Program-made: the position numbers and the translations under genes
Shown here: positions 34,728 through 48,935 of the stretch, piece by piece
How positions within the stretch are numbered: position 1 is the stretch's first letter
How the letters are laid out: every line of letters starts with the position of its first letter
Assembly (NCBI GenBank): GCA_037447605.1
Contig: CM074804.1
Coordinates: 4,689,909-4,753,908, forward strand
Source: Zygnema circumcarinatum SAG 698-1b
Lineage: Eukaryota > Plantae > Zygnematophyceae
Length of the DNA: 64,000 bases
Direction of reading: 5' to 3'
Notes under the pieces: generated by a model
Databases searched by the model: none
What the model was told of the DNA's origin: nothing
Seen by the model: the letters and a program-made list of their open reading frames with translations, nothing else

Positions 34728-37700
34728 ATGGGAGGGGTGCACAGCGGCAACGTGGTCGTGAAGAGGGGCGGGAGAGGGGCCAGGACGAAGGACTGGGCGC
34801 ATGGCCCGTCTAAGACAGTAGGACACCGCTCCGCGTGCAAGTCTTTCGTCATTTGGACGGCCATCATTCTTCTTGCAGGAGGGGCTGCGCACCTGCTAGC
34901 TTGGCCTCCTTCCAGTGATGAAGATTCTTGGTTGTTCAAGTCTCTCAACATGGAGTGCCCAAGGGAAGCCGTTTTGCGAGAGTTAGAGTCACGGTACGTT
35001 TGGAGATCCACACGTCTGTATGGCGGGTTGCAGGGGATTCTGGAGATTGTAATGCGTACTAGCAGCTGTAGCGTGAAATTTTTCAGAAGAGGGATTTAAA
35101 ATAAGTGGGAAAGGGCATGTTGCTTGGATTGTTTGGGGGAAAGTCTCCACGGACGGACTGTTGATGGGCTAAAGTACATCCCAGGTCTCAAGGGTTCTTC
35201 CGATGGGCATTTCCGCGTTGTTCAGTTCAAACCTAGCTACAGTTGTAGATTCAGTTACGGCAGGCAATCTCTGGTCTTAGGTTGTAACTTGTGCACACTA
35301 TTACATAGCCGTCAGTAAACTGGATGAGGAAGAACCTTGCAAGTTAGTTCTGGACCGAATGAACTACTACGAAAATTGTTTGCTGGTGTTGGTCAGTTTT
35401 TCATGGTCACTATCTCTGACGCTTGCTCGTTGGATGCGTTTGCCCTGACGGCATACCTACAGCTTGATCAATTGCTTCAGGAAACGAGGTTGTCAAGAGG
35501 AGCGTGATCGCAAATATGATGACGAGGGATCACTGGATCATGTGGGAACCAATAGGACGGAACCAGGAGAAGAGGAATATAAACAGATTCCTGAACCAGA
35601 GGATCCAGTGGAGCGGGATCCAGTGGAACGACCAAGAGAAACACAAAACACGATGCACGCTGGCTTTGTTACTTGTAAGGTAATGAACTACACGTTGATC
35701 CATGTCTCATGCAGTATTTTGAGTTCAAGGAGCCAATACATTGTTCCTACTGTATGGAACAAGACCCTGGAGCTTACACTTATCCTTCAACTAATGGCTC
35801 GTTGACACATATTGTTTTCAATTCATGCCGGAGGCCTTTGAGTATAGGTTTCAAGTGCGACGGGTTCTGAAGCTCTACGCGTTAGAAAACTGTCACGGTG
35901 AAGTTGAATAGGGTTTTTTTTCAATTCATTTTTGGACTTCTTACAGCGTCAGTTGTGTCCTCTCCACTCTAGTAAAAAGAAAGCCAAAGTAGTCAAAGTC
36001 AAAGTATCTTAGGAATAGACAGGTTGTAATCAGTATCTATTACTATCAGTACCTTTTTCAATGCCAGCTGCAGAACGTTGGTTTGATGGGTGTGCGGACC
36101 TCGCAGATGAAAATTCATATTTTTCTTTAAATTTTGGGGTGAAGTTTGTAGTTCGAGGCCGAAGATAAAGGAGTGGAGTGTCAGATCCTTTGGTGATGTT
36201 GAAATATCCGTAGGTTTGACTGTTAGGAACCACTTGTGTATAGGCAGAGACACAGTTTCTGTACCTATTGAAATAGCAAGTCTTCGGTTTCTTTTCTCCT
36301 GGGAATGTAGCCTTCAAACTACTGATGTAGTCTGTTCCTGTCCGTGCCTGGAAGCCTGATCAGTTTCTATGTAGTTAAGTCGAGGTTGATCAGTACAGCC
36401 ATGCTCGGCCACACCGTCTCCCTTTCTCCCTATTATTTTGCTGGTAATGACCATAATTAGTTGTTCACATTGAGCCACACTATTGTTTTCAGAACTGCTT
36501 CTGAGCTCGACCGTCGTAAACAGAACGAACCTGAAAAATGGATGCTTATAGACTGTCATATGGTTTTCAGGCATCGCCTGAGAAATGGAACGAGTATGTC
36601 AGTAATTTCAAACGTGGAGGCCCTTGTCCTGACGACTGGCCTCTTGCACAAGACCTCCTTTTTAGCAAGGTAGTTTTCTTCAAACCTCAATGTCACGTTC
36701 CTCGGAAGCTTTCGTTGCCATGACAGATTGCCTCAAAGTGATCAGCGTATGAATTTGCATGCTCTTTCGAGCACGTGTGAATGCATTACTGTTGTTGCCA
36801 CAAATGGGTGGTATAGTACTGTTACAATGCGTACTGGTGAAACTTGTTTTGACCCAGTTCCATTAAGTATACAGACTTCCTTCATTATCCTGACCAGGTT
36901 TTTTCAATTTTTTATCATCCGGCAGGATTGTTTTCAATTACCTCCTCGGGATTGCCACGTTCGCTCTCCACCAAACTTTGAGGAGCCTCTGCCATTTTCG
37001 AAGGTAGATCTGAAATTGCAAGTTTTGTGTTTCTAGACCGGCTACCCTTTTCCTTAGTCACTCCAACATTTGAAGATTCAACTTTCCTCAAGCCTCCACA
37101 CTTTCCAATGAAGGTTTATTGCTTTCTCCAGTATATCAATCTGGATGCTTCCATTTCTCCAGCATGAACTAACTAACACTCTTTGACAGAGCTTTTTTGG
37201 CCATTGACTGTCTGCAGGCTCTCTGGTCGGATCCAAGTATACATAACGTGGACTGGCACCATTACACCTGCGACAGCTTTGCTTGCCTGCGAGTAAGCCA
37301 TTCATGACCAAAATCGGCAATCACGATAACTGGGATCTTAGAATTTTGGTATTCATTGATGCTTAGCTGGAGAGGATATAGCTGACCATTTATTTTGTGT
37401 GTGGATGTGTGTGTGACGCTCATTAAAAAATCTCTGCCATTGCGTGAAAACGATGCATTTCGTCTTGCTCCTGTGTCGGGCACTTCTCAAGGTTTCGAAT
37501 GAACTGAGAGTGCACTTGACTAGGCTATAGAGCAGTTTCTGAAGCTCTCTGCCTTACACGAATCCTATGAGGCTGCCCTCCCCTCACGCTGCCAATGCAG
37601 GCAAGGAAGGATGGCGACTGCCGAGAGTGCTTCGATTGGAAGATTGAGGCTACCCGGTGGAATTGGATTGAGCAGCGGAACTTAGTGCTAGCAGACGTTC

Positions 37701-38845
37701 TTGCTCTGAAAAAGGGTAAACTTTCTCAAAGTGTAGTACAGTTTGTAGGCACGGACATGGATGCTGATTCTTTTTCATTTCCAGACACGATATATCAGAA
37801 CGCTACTGCACCTAGCCGTGTTGATGTGTCTTCCTCTCCCTGTAACGACGTTTTAAAGTTTCGTCGCTGTTGCAATCTTCCAACTGCTGCCAGGTTTCTT
37901 GCGTCTCGGCTTGGACGTGGCGGGCGGCTCGGGATCTTTTGCAGCTCTGCTGGCAGCCCACAATGTGACAGTTGTCACAACCGGGATGAATAGCGGAGCC
38001 CCCTTCTTAGAGACGATGGCATTGCGAGGGCTGCCAGCTCTTCATCTTCCTATGAAAGCGAGGCTGCCCTTTTTCGCAGGGACATTCGATATTATACATT
38101 CCCAGCATGCCGTTCAGATGCTATCTGTGGAGGACTTCGAGTTTATGCTTTTTGATTGGGACCGGTGCGTGATTTCATCCTGTGCCTCTGCTGAATTATT
38201 GGGGGGGGCGGGAGGGCGAGAGAGGAGAGTGTGTGCGTTGTCCTATTGCTTTCCTGTTTGTCTGTCACGGATGGGTTCTAAGCGTTTCTTGCATGGTATG
38301 ATTGAGTGTACTGTTCTTGTGAGGTTCACTTTCGAGAGAGCATTCTGCATTTGGTCTGCCAGAGGCTGACGGACAGGAATTCATACCTTTACCCACTATT
38401 GAAAAATCTTCATTAGAAACTTTTGCTGACGAACAGCTGATTGCATTAACGGCCTTTTTTGTTCTCCACGCCTTTTAGGCTAGCTTTCACAATTAGAAAT
38501 TCTTTCAATGTGCGGAGATTTACGGTGATTTACATTGAGGTCTGTTGAGTCGGCAGACAAGCCGAGAATGGATCATTTCAGTGGGTTTACAGACGAGGGA
38601 TCTGACGATTCGACGTGTTCTCTCAAATGCTGTGCAGAGTGCTTCGACCGGGCGGCCTGATCTGGCTGGACCGCCTCTACCACCCTGTGGACGTCATGAA
38701 GTTGTACACGGACGTGGTCGCCCTCCTGGGCTACAAGAGGCACTCGTGGAATCAGTGGAGCAAGGCGGGGAAGACGGTCAAGTTCACGGCAGTCTTGGAG
38801 AAGCCCCTGCGGCCTAGCGAAAGGCATCGACATGTTGATAGGTAG
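34728..38845 (+). CDS. Type II membrane-anchored SAM-dependent methyltransferase (plant At1g29790-like family), multi-exon
   Basis: N-terminal TM FVIWTAIILLAGGAAHLLAW. Motifs CPDDWPLAQDL, LPPRDC, ALWSDPSIHNVDWHHYTCDSFACL, DCRECFDW, RLGLDVAGGSGSFAA, RLPFFAGTFDIIH, FDWDR|VLRPGGLIWLD, FTAVLEKP. Confidence 0.9.
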
Positions 38846-39184
38846 CGGCCATGCTGGCCAACGCGTAATGAGGAATCTTTCTAGCAACTGCGAGGAATCT
38901 TCTAGGGTGCGAACTTGTACATATTGGTCACAGCATGGTAAGCAGGAAAGGATGGTTAGCAGTTGTTCCTTAGACCTTCGCAATTTTGATAATTTATTGG
39001 TGCCAAATTGGGCTAGCCGTCATTCCTAGTGCCCCACGATCCCATCCATCCACCCGTGCGGTACAGTGCGAGTACTCCAGCGTCCGTCCTCCTCATGACG
39101 TCACGTAAAGACCTTGGCTGGTTTCCGGACTCCCTGCCGAGTGCCGACGGACGGGAACCAAACACAACCGAAGCCTAAACCGCC

Positions 39185-39300
39185 TGTACTGTATCGTATA
39201 GTCTGGCATAATGTATCGTATCTCCGGTTTACTGTATCGTATCGTAAAATATACTGTATCTTATCGTTTACTAATATTGTATCGTACATGCGATACGATC
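39185..39300. repeat. Degenerate (TATCG/TACGA) pentamer array upstream of WDR13
   Basis: tgtatcgtatagtc...tgtatcgtatcgtaaaat...tgtatcgtacatgcgatacgat. Confidence 0.75.
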
Positions 39301-39480
39301 CCACCGCACGCCCCCGCCCGTCCGTACAGTACACGCCGCGCGTGAGGCGGCCCTTAGCCCTAACGGCCGCGGGCGGCGCTTTCCGAGAGGCAATGCCTGG
39401 AGGCTGCCCAGCGCCCGAGCTGCGTAGCCCAGCTGCCGAGCGCAGGAACTCGCACGCAGACCGGCGGGGCAGAGGCCGCC

Positions 39481-42400
39481 ATGGCCGGCGATGAGAAAGC
39501 GGCGCAGACGTACGCGTTGCTGCTGGAGCCTGGTGAACATTCGGATGACTTCTATGTCGCCATGCGTCGACTGCTGTTACTCCGAAAGGCGCAGGCAGGC
39601 AGGCTGCGGCGCCAGGTGGCATCACGTGGACACTTGGTCTTGTGTGCATTATCGTCTGTAAAAGGAGCAGGTCGACCATGAAATTGACAAGGATTTTTTT
39701 TTCATTTTGGGTTGTAGATTGTTGGACTCGTACCTCTGAAAAAAATGTGATTAGCTGAAAAGTGAGCAAATTTAATGAGAATACTCAACATTTTCTTGCT
39801 TGTCAAACACAAGCTTAGGAAAAAAATAGAAATGCAGGATGGACAGACATTGGGGTCAAGGGAAAGAGAGTGAGAGGACTGGGTGGCTACGAAAATTGAG
39901 AGTTGCTGACGTTTCCATTTCAAACCTCATCACTTACTCTTTTGCAGACGTGGAAAGCTAATGGCGTAGGATATGTGGCGTACAAGGACTTCCTGCGACA
40001 CTCCAAACGAGGTTTTCCTGCTGGCATTGGAGAACATGCCAATACCTTGAGGGAAGGGTGAGATTCCAAGGCCATTGTCTTTAAGCCGGCTAATTTACAA
40101 AAATTTGAAGAAATTGTTAATGATTAAAGTTTTCCACTTTCTGCATATTGCACGCAAGTCTTACCTTCCCAGCTGTGCCGTTGAAGTGGGCGGAGATTGC
40201 GAGAAGGTTTGTTTGGAAAGGCTAACAAGTTTGTTCGACTTAGCTAGATATCTGAACATCTGAGTACTGTTTGCGGTACAGTGACCGAAATTTGTTGTAA
40301 AGCAAGTTGTTGTTGTTGTTAACGTATCACCCAACTAACTACTGTATGCAGGTTATCATGGCACATTCTGGTTGTCCTATTAAGCGTTAGAGTTAAGCCA
40401 TCGCTATCTTGCAGATTTTCGGTGTTTAGCAATGTGCATTACTGAAGTTGACCTTTAAATTCTTAAACTCCCGTCATTGTATCTGCAGAAAGCAATCGGC
40501 ATCTGAATCCACTGATAGGCCTTCCTCCCCTCAACCGGCAAAGCCTGCGGACGTGCCATTCATGGTATGTCTTAGTCAGGGCAACATACTTTCAAAAACC
40601 CAAATGGGTTTCCATGTCATCTTGCACTCACGCCATCAAATTTGGATGCCCGGCGAACGTTAACAATCGCCATGCACTTCATTATCCGAGAACCAACGGT
40701 TGATGACCGTGTCACGAAGGCAAAAGCAAAGAGAACAGATGTAACACTCACCAAGAATAAAGGGTTAATGATCTGCATTTTACTGCATCAACAGAAAGCA
40801 CCTCTGCCTGTTTCACAATCATTGATTGTGCCGCCTTCCCGAGAACAAGCTCGCAAAATCCTACTTCCCGAGGACAAGAGCAGCATCTCGTTTGCTGGAA
40901 TTTACTGCACTATTGGCGACTGCAAATCGTCAGGTCAGAAGCAGATTCATATGAATGTTCTATCTTTTTGAAAGTTTTTGAATAGCGTCATTTTCTTCCC
41001 TGAGCTACCTCCTGTTGTTTGGGTTATATTGTGAGGGATATGCCGGGGTCCTTAAAGGCTGATTATACGCCAGATCTCATTGCAGTGAATTGCATGAAGT
41101 TTGGGCACCTTAGTTTGGATCTATTTGCGTATGCGGCCTCCAACGGTGTATTCCGCGTCTGCTTGATTGGCCAACCGCCGCGAGTGCTGCACGACTTGAA
41201 GGGTCACACGAAAGAGATCACAGGTGGGCACTTTGCCATCAGTCGTACCGCTTCGAAGCACTCGGTGATTGTATTTGGTTCCACCTTCCAGCATGGTTAT
41301 TGTTCATGAGCCAATTGCAAGTTTTCTTTTGCTTGTCAAGAGTAGCTTCAACATTTACATGGACAGGGTCCTGTGTTACTTCTATGCTAACACCAGGCGT
41401 TACTTGTTGTAGATTTTGATTGGTCGCTGAACAACCATTATCTCTCTTCGGCTTCAATGGATAAGAGTGTTCGAGTATGGGACGCAAGTTTGGGGGAATG
41501 TCTTCGTATCATTTACGGCAACGTGGCCCAGCTTTGTATCCGCTTTCATTCGGTATACTGAGTTGCTTCCTTGCATTTTTGCAGCTTGTCATATATATCA
41601 GCTATGAGGCATTGCCTCCTCCTCTAAAATTCTTTCGGTTCCCCTACAGTTGATGGCTTGGGGAAGTCATCACTTTGTAGTTAGGGTTTTTAGAACCCCC
41701 TAAAACCCGAAAAACCCGACATGCTTTTGTTGAATCCTCCGAGATGTGTCGGCAGTCGTACTATTTGACTGAATAAAAAAGGTGCTGATTAAGGGATGGC
41801 TTCTTGGTTCTGTGAGCAGGTGAATAATAATCTACTTTTGGTCGGAAATGCAAATAAAGAGATAACTGTAAGTTCCTTGTTGGACGTCATCTGAATATTG
41901 TTTCACCTGGCTTCAAGAATCCTGCACGTTTTCAATTCTACGGTACACAGTACTCAAGTTCTGTACGTTTGAAAGCGAGCACGCAAACGCAACGCCATGC
42001 AATTCCTCCGATTTTCGCGCCTTAATGTAGTGCCGGATGGCCCGGCAGGTAATGAACTTCAGCACGGGGCGAACTGTGAGCCGGCTCGCGCTGGAGAGCC
42101 CTGTGACGGCTATGGACGTCAGCACAACCGGGCCAGTGCTGTTTGCAGGAGATGCCCAGGTGAAGCAGCTGCAAAATGCCGAACATGCACACGATATCCA
42201 ATTATCGACTGTACCCGAACATTAGAAAACCAAAAGAACCCGACCAGCTAAAAACTCCAACTTGTGACTGACATGCGCTGACAGCATTTGTTTGGATGCG
42301 GGATGCAGGGCTGCATACATAGCTTTGGAGTGGATCCCCACACAGGGGCTTTGCAGCACGCCCACGCGAACCACCTTGGAAATGGCCGCCGTGCTCCCAC

Positions 42401-43488
42401 TGCCTCGCTGCAGTTTCGGACTTTTTCGTTCTTGGCGAGTGGGTCGGTGCTGCTCGCTTGCACACGAGATGGCTCCCTCCGGTTTTTCAGGCATGGAAGG
42501 GCTCACCTTTCGCCCACCTCTCATTCGGGAGTCTCAATCAGGATAGGATGTGTTTGTCCTTCTTGGCATGCAATGCTCATAGAAGTGGATATGCTGTAGT
42601 GCAAGATGTGGGAAACCCTTAACATTGACGATGGCCCCTGTTACTAAGGGCAGGCGCTTGATGTTTGTGCAGCCATGGCCTGCAGCGTTGCGATGGAGTT
42701 GGACGGATACCTCTCTCTTAAGTGTACCCTCCAGTTGTCGCCACGGGCCCACAACATTCGAGCCTCATTTTGCCCTTTCCTGACACCGGAGAAGTCTGAG
42801 ATCATAGGTCAGCTTTGATAATCCCACCTCGTTGTAATGGCGCTGTTAGGGCGATCTTGCTCTTGTGGAAGGTAGACGGCAACTTACTGACTTCTCCCGA
42901 TGTGTGAGTTTGCAGTTACAGGCAGCGACGACCACAACGTGTACTTTTATGACTTCACACAGCCCAAGCGCCCACTGACTGGCAAACTGCAGGTAGGGGT
43001 GGGGTTATGTGCTTGCTTGGAAAACAGCGGGATTTAACTTTCATCACTGTTGTCACTCTTGGCGATTGTTTGACTCGAGTCTCCGAGGTCGTTCATTCGA
43101 GATCAGGGAGGTTCAGAAAGGGCGGCAATAGGCAGGATGGCTCCTGTAGAGAGGGAGCAACGATTAACGGCAGGGAAAAGGTTAAGGGGAGAGAAAGGGA
43201 GGTGAGAGAGGGACGGGTAGAGGGACAAGGGAGAGGCTGCTGTCCGTGGAGCAAAAGGCTTAGCTTACAGAGGCTGAAATTTCAACTTGAAATTTGTACG
43301 TATGTAAGATTTCTGGCTTATAGGTTGAGGATTTTGCTCGTTTGAGCTAATTATGTAGGTTTGTTTGCAACACGCAGGGACATGGAGCTCCGGTAGTGGA
43401 CGTGTGTTGGAACCATGGGGAGGATCTCCTGGCATCATCGGATTGTGACGGTTTAATAATTATTTGGAAGCGAAATAAGAGCTTGTAA
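39481..43488 (+). CDS. WDR13: WD-repeat protein 13-like, multi-exon
   Basis: N-terminal [13 protein letters not shown]; [14 protein letters not shown]; [13 protein letters not shown]...LKGHTKEIT; VMNFSTGR; [20 protein letters not shown]; IRASFCPFL; [11 protein letters not shown]; [22 protein letters not shown]...IIWKR. These match plant WDR13 as I recall it. Confidence 0.9.
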
Positions 43489-44049
43489 ATTTGTAAACCA
43501 CTTAGATACCCGCATGGATGTTAAACCCCACACTTGCATGTGAGTGTTTGCGTCAAGAAAAAGAGTTTCGAACCGCTTTATTGGTTGTATGCATGCATGC
43601 CTTTGATCTTCGCTCATCGTGCGTGCCGTGGCCTTGAAAAGCAAGGCATGAGAGCGAGCATGGCACTTGCCGCCACAACACTCCCTCTGTTACAAAGATA
43701 CACATATGCACACACACACGCACACGCACGCGGGTCCGAGTTTTTTTGAAAGGTTTGGCTGCTAATAGGTCTACCAGGCCGAAAGGCTGAATTTAGTTGA
43801 TCGATTGAGCAGGCATCCAAATTCTCTGGCTTGGATGATGCGTTCGGCGACATGAGTATTGGAGGCGCAAAGTGGCGACGAGATTGGATCTGCCAACCCA
43901 CCTCTTGCCACTCGAGCGAGTCTAGCCTTGTATACCTATGTCAGTGAAACAATCCTCCTGGCATTCTCCGAGGTCTCTGTGGTTCTTCACTCACACCCCC
44001 GTTTCGTAAAATGGGTTAGTATTGGGATATATTTGATCACATAATTTTT

Positions 44050-44335
44050 TACAATCCCTCGATGCCACGATACTGTCCGAGTGTTGATAAATAGACTAAG
44101 CAAAATGGTTCATTTTGCACCCGCCACCAAGTCTGCAGGCGTAGACGAGATAGTGCGTCTGTATGCTGACAAAGTGTGGAGCTTGCATAGGTTGCAATCA
44201 AACACTGTGTCTAACAGAGACCCTTGCTTTACGGATAGCTTTTTGGAAGGAGGTCCTCAATATCGTCGGTACCAAGCAAGCAAAGAGGAGTAGCACATTC
44301 CATGCAAACAGACGGCGCGACGGGGCAATGAAGAT
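44050..44335 (+). pseudogene. Degraded Ty3/gypsy integrase core fragment (different family from A/B)
   Basis: INRLSKMVHFAPATKSAGVDEIVRLYADKVWSLHRLQSNTVSNRDPCFT, then after a frameshift FWKEVLNIVGTKQAKRSSTFH. Typical rve core DRLSKxxHF...IVSDRDPRF...FW motifs in decayed form. Confidence 0.85.
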
Positions 44336-44647
44336 GATGTTTGATTGAACTCACGATGGCAAGGCCATCAAATGTACATGGACAAAATCACGGGGAGGGT
44401 GAATCAATTGAACTCTTGCAAGGTTTCCGTGGTCATTGTGTGGGACCCACGCCGGACACGCCGGATACGCGGGATCAGTTGCTCCCAGTGGCGCAAACAT
44501 GCTTTTGGAGCGCGTTCGTTGAGACCGGCATTCAAAGGAGGACCGAGGGGGGGCTGAAGAGCCGCCGTGTTAAAGTCTCTAGCGGCAAAAAGGGTGCGGC
44601 CAAAGGCCAATGGCAGGGAGCCACTTGGCACCCGTCACCCTCTGCTC

Positions 44648-44660
44648 GCCACGTGGCACA
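44648..44660. promoter_or_regulatory. Perfect G-box GCCACGTGGC(ACA) upstream of GEN1
   Basis: Palindromic CACGTG core about 370 bp upstream of the ATG. The same 13-mer is at 50004-50016. Confidence 0.4.
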
Positions 44661-45030
44661 TGGCAGCCGGCCCTAAAGGCGCCTCTGGGCGGGCTGACGT
44701 CCGTACTGTGACGTACGGTATTAATGATTGGCTGTTTGCGATTTGGACGGCAGGAAGGTGCCGGGAAAGAGCGCTCCGAGCTTGAGGGAGGGAAGGAGGC
44801 GCTCCCGCCCTTGCGCTGAAGTTGCAGTCGCCTGAGGGCAGTTACCTCGTCAAGTATTCAGATACAATGGCCTCAGAAGGGCAAGGTGGGAAAATGCGTA
44901 TTCATGGATGCGCTTTATGCTGCAAGAGGGAAGAGCCATTCTTAAGTGAAGTCTCCGCGCTGTGTTGACAACAAAGCGCGGAACAGGAGAGGATTATAAG
45001 AGCGGTGCGTCTATTTCCTTCCTGCCCGCC

Positions 45031-48000
45031 ATGGGTCTTGGAGGCGATTTTTGGAAGATCGTTGCTCCCACAGCAGAAGTTTACTCTACGGTGGAAGGAT
45101 TGCGCCGTCTCCGTGGGAAACGCCTTGCTGTGGATCTATCCTATTGGATTTGCCAATTTGATGGAACCACGCGCCTCGGCGGGAAGACGACCAGCTTGCA
45201 TCGCAACTTAAAGCCACATCTGCGGAACCTTTTCTTTCGAACTATCAAGCTGGCAGCCAGGGTGAGTAAGGGGCCTATTCCAAAGCTAGGGGTCTCGCAA
45301 CTGGCTTCGTGTGGACCTCTTCTGACCTGAATGTTACTGTGATGCAGATAGGAGCCTTGCCAGTCTTTGTAATTGACGGGGATCCTCCACCTTTGAAGCT
45401 TCAGGCACGCATTAAGCGCTTCTGCAAAATGACGGGTATTTCGTTCCCAATGCGTGAAGCGAAGGTCTTAGAGGGCGTTCAAGGAAATCGCAACCGGTCG
45501 TTTTTGGAGAAAGTGGAGCAGTGTGTGGTGAGCCGTTTTCTTTACCTCTGTACTTGAATGCAATTCGTACTTTAATGGCATGATGCGACCGCAATGATCA
45601 CAATGCGAAGACCTTCGAGTGCGTTTGTCATCAGGATGACTGGCTTTTTCTGCTGAAAGGGAGGAATTGACAATGCTGATGTTGCTGCATTGGCGCAGAA
45701 GCTGCTTCGGCTTTTGGGCATGCCTGTGCTTGTGGCCCCCGGAGAAGCAGAAGCTCTATGCGCCAAACTGAACAAGAGAGGCTTGGTGGACTATTGCGTC
45801 AGCTCCGACAGCGATACCTTCCTGCATGGAGCCTCGCGCGTGATCGCAAAGCTGCACATCGACTTCCGAGTGGGTTTCCTTTCTTTTGCAGCAGTAGAGT
45901 CTCTGTTTGCTCAATGTATAACGCATCTGAAATGACGCTCTTATGGAAGACGTTCCAGGGAGGATGTGGCTGCTGCAGGCCCCACTGGTGGAAGAATACT
46001 CCGCAGAGGCCATAGCCAGACTTGGCCTCAAACAGAAGCACTTGGTAGCCCTCGCCCTCCTCCTTGGCTGCGATTATTCCAAAGGCGTCCATGGAGTTGG
46101 GAGAAGGCAGGCTCTGCGGCTTGTCCGCACATGTTCCGAGGACAAGGTGCTCAGTCGGTGCGCACTCAAATCCTTATGGGGGATAATGGCAAACGCATTG
46201 GAGTGCCTAAAGGGACCTGCTTTCATCCTCCCTCTATTGAAAACCGGCTTAAAAGTAATTGCTGCTCGCTTATTCAGAGGGAAAGTAGTCATCTCCCTAC
46301 TTTCGCATCCCTTGGTGCTGTGTTGTGCGCCCATCTCCGCAATGATAACAGGAAGCCTTTGCTGCAATGCTGGCCGCCATTCCTCCCGTGGTGTCATGGG
46401 ATGTGGATGCCGTCCGTACTGCTCCCTCCATGGCCCCATGGTCCCATGTATGGGCACAGGCATTGCCCATACATGCATGATAACAATAACCACCTCCGTG
46501 AACTTTTACTTGAACTTCGCTTTCAAACACGTGCGCGCTCTCACAACACAAGCAAAGCATGATATCTGTTCATATCTGCATGATTTATGGCCTTCCCTCC
46601 AGGTTTAAGTTTGGGATAAGGTTGGTTTTCAGCTGTTGTTCGGTAAAGTCCATTTTGCACTGAGACTTATTGTGCCTTGTGTTCAAATTTATGTGCAGGC
46701 TTGGAGAATGGGCCAACAGTAAGTTCCCTGACAACGCAGAAATGTCGTCCAGCTTGGATTTGGGTAGTGACTCTGTAAGCAACAGTGATTTAGGGAAGGA
46801 TAGGAAACCGCCCCACTGCAGTCGGTGTGGATGTCCGGGTACTCTGAAGGAGCATGGGAAGGCCTGCAAGCCAAAAGAGAAAGACTTCAGCTGCTCCTGC
46901 GTATTCTGCTTTCAGGTCAGCTACGAGCCTTCGCTATGTTTGGATTGGGTGTGGGCGAATAGCTGTAGCCTTTACGATCAGAATAGGGATTTCTACAAAG
47001 AACAAATGGAGAATGGTTTGGGGGGTTTTAGTTTTCGCTGCATGCTGATATTGCCGCCTTGGATGCCTTCTTAGAAGAAGAAGACCTTATGGGGGTTGAG
47101 GTTTGGGGAAAGGTTGGAAGGTGAGAAAGGCCAAAAAGACGCTGCAGAGAGAGAGCTGGTGGAGGAAGGCATGTGAGAAAATGGGTGCCACGGAGGGATT
47201 TCCCAGCCAGGGGGTGGTGGATGCGTACCTGGAAACCGACGCTGAAAGCTTTACAGGTCCTTTCCAGTGTCCTGGGCAAACCCTGAAATGCAAATGCTTT
47301 TTAAGAAGTCTTAAAGTTTGACGATTTGGTGGTAGTTATGGTCAGTATGCGTTCGATTATTCCGTGCCCAAATTCATTCTCTTGATGTGTGAATGCGAGA
47401 TAGCTGATGGATATCGATTGAGGTTGACTCTGGTCTGCCAGATCAGGAACAGCTAAAACAAGCCCTGAAATGGGACCCTCCTGATGTCGAACATCTCAAG
47501 GAATTTTTGAAGGATGTCCTCTCCTTCCCTCCCGATTACACTCATCAGAAAATTCTTCCACTTGTCTCCCACACCTGTCTCACCAATATGGCAGCAGGGG
47601 GGGGTCTCTCATCATCTACTCTTTATCCGTCGTGGACGATTGGCGGAGTGTACATTCCAGTAGGCATAAAGGGCAAGAAAAAAGAGTATGGGGAAACGCT
47701 GCTCATCCTCTGTTGGGCAGCGGCTTCCTCTGAAGTGGATGCAACCGAAGAGAAAAACAGGAAATGCTTCGTGAAGAGGATGTTTGAGAGCACGTGCAAC
47801 ATGCTGGAAATGGCAAGAGAGATGAAAGATGTTGCAGGAGATGCAGGGGGTGGCTCCAACTACGAGAGTTTCACTACTGTGGAGAATGAGAGTCTGGTGC
47901 AGGCGGCCTGTCCGCGGCTATGGGCTGAGTTCAACCGGAAGCAGGTATCCGCATTCATTATGGATTGTCAGAAGCTGACCCCGAAGTTGCGAAGAAAGGT

Positions 48001-48935
48001 TGCTCAAATGCTGACTTTTGAGATGCTAGTGAGGATTGATGTCGGGACTTGACTGAGGGCTAAGGCTGGGATGGCAGATGGAGAAGGAGAAGCAACGGAA
48101 AAATTGCCGGCGAGAGCGGAAATCTTCCTCATCTAATAAGGGTCAACAGAGCAGAATTGGTTCTTTCTTCAAAGTGAAGAAAAAGGGAGTGGCTGAGGAG
48201 CAGGTGGAGGAGAAGGTAACTCCAAGTAACGCAGAATCAGGGAGGGAAGGACCACACTTTGAAGGCACGCTAAGTCAGAAGCTCGCAGTTACACATGCAA
48301 ACATTTATTGGAATCGTGCTGGTGAGAGTGAGAGCAGGATGAAAGAAGAACGTGAAGGAGAGTCTGTTGATTATTCTCTTGTCACCTCGTTCAAGGGTAG
48401 TGACGAAGCTTGTGGAGCCTTGGAGCTGCAAAAGGAGGTTGGCATAAATGAGGTAGAGACAGTGTCGAGCACAGCGAAGAAAACAAGGAGGGTGTTCGAT
48501 GCGAGATTCGGAAATGGAGAGAGTTTTTTCGTTCATGATAGCCCGAGGATGCCAAACTTAGATGTGAAAGAGTTGGACCATAGAAGCAGGGAATTGTCTT
48601 CAAGAGCTATTGTGGGACTAAGGTACCCAGTGCAAGTAATATCTCCCCTTGAAGGCCGAGACAGCGCAGGCAGGAGTAGGGCAGAGGGGAGGCCAGTAAA
48701 GCGCAAGCTTGACATGCGTGACGGTGCTGCATCGGACGGTGATGCAGCTCTAATGGGGTCGCAAGCAGACATCAGGAGGGAGCCGGAGAGGCGAAGGAGA
48801 GGCGCGTCAATAAATGACTACTTTGGTCCCCTCAGCAGTGTAGGGAAGAGCACAGTCGTAGAAGGAAAGCAGGAAATCGCTTATGTTATACTTAGCAGTG
48901 ACTCAGAGGTCGGTGAAGATGCCCCCGCGGTTTAG
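45031..48935 (+). CDS. GEN1: Flap endonuclease GEN-like Holliday junction resolvase (XPG/Rad2 family), multi-exon
   Basis: MGLGGDFW; LAVDLSYW; KPHLRNLFFRTI; PVFVIDGDPPPLKLQARIKRF; APGEAEALCA; SSDSDTFLHGA; LLLGCDYSKGVHGVG; HCSRCGCPG; long charged C-terminal exon. Cannot separate the GEN1 and GEN2/SEND1 paralogues by eye. Confidence 0.9.
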
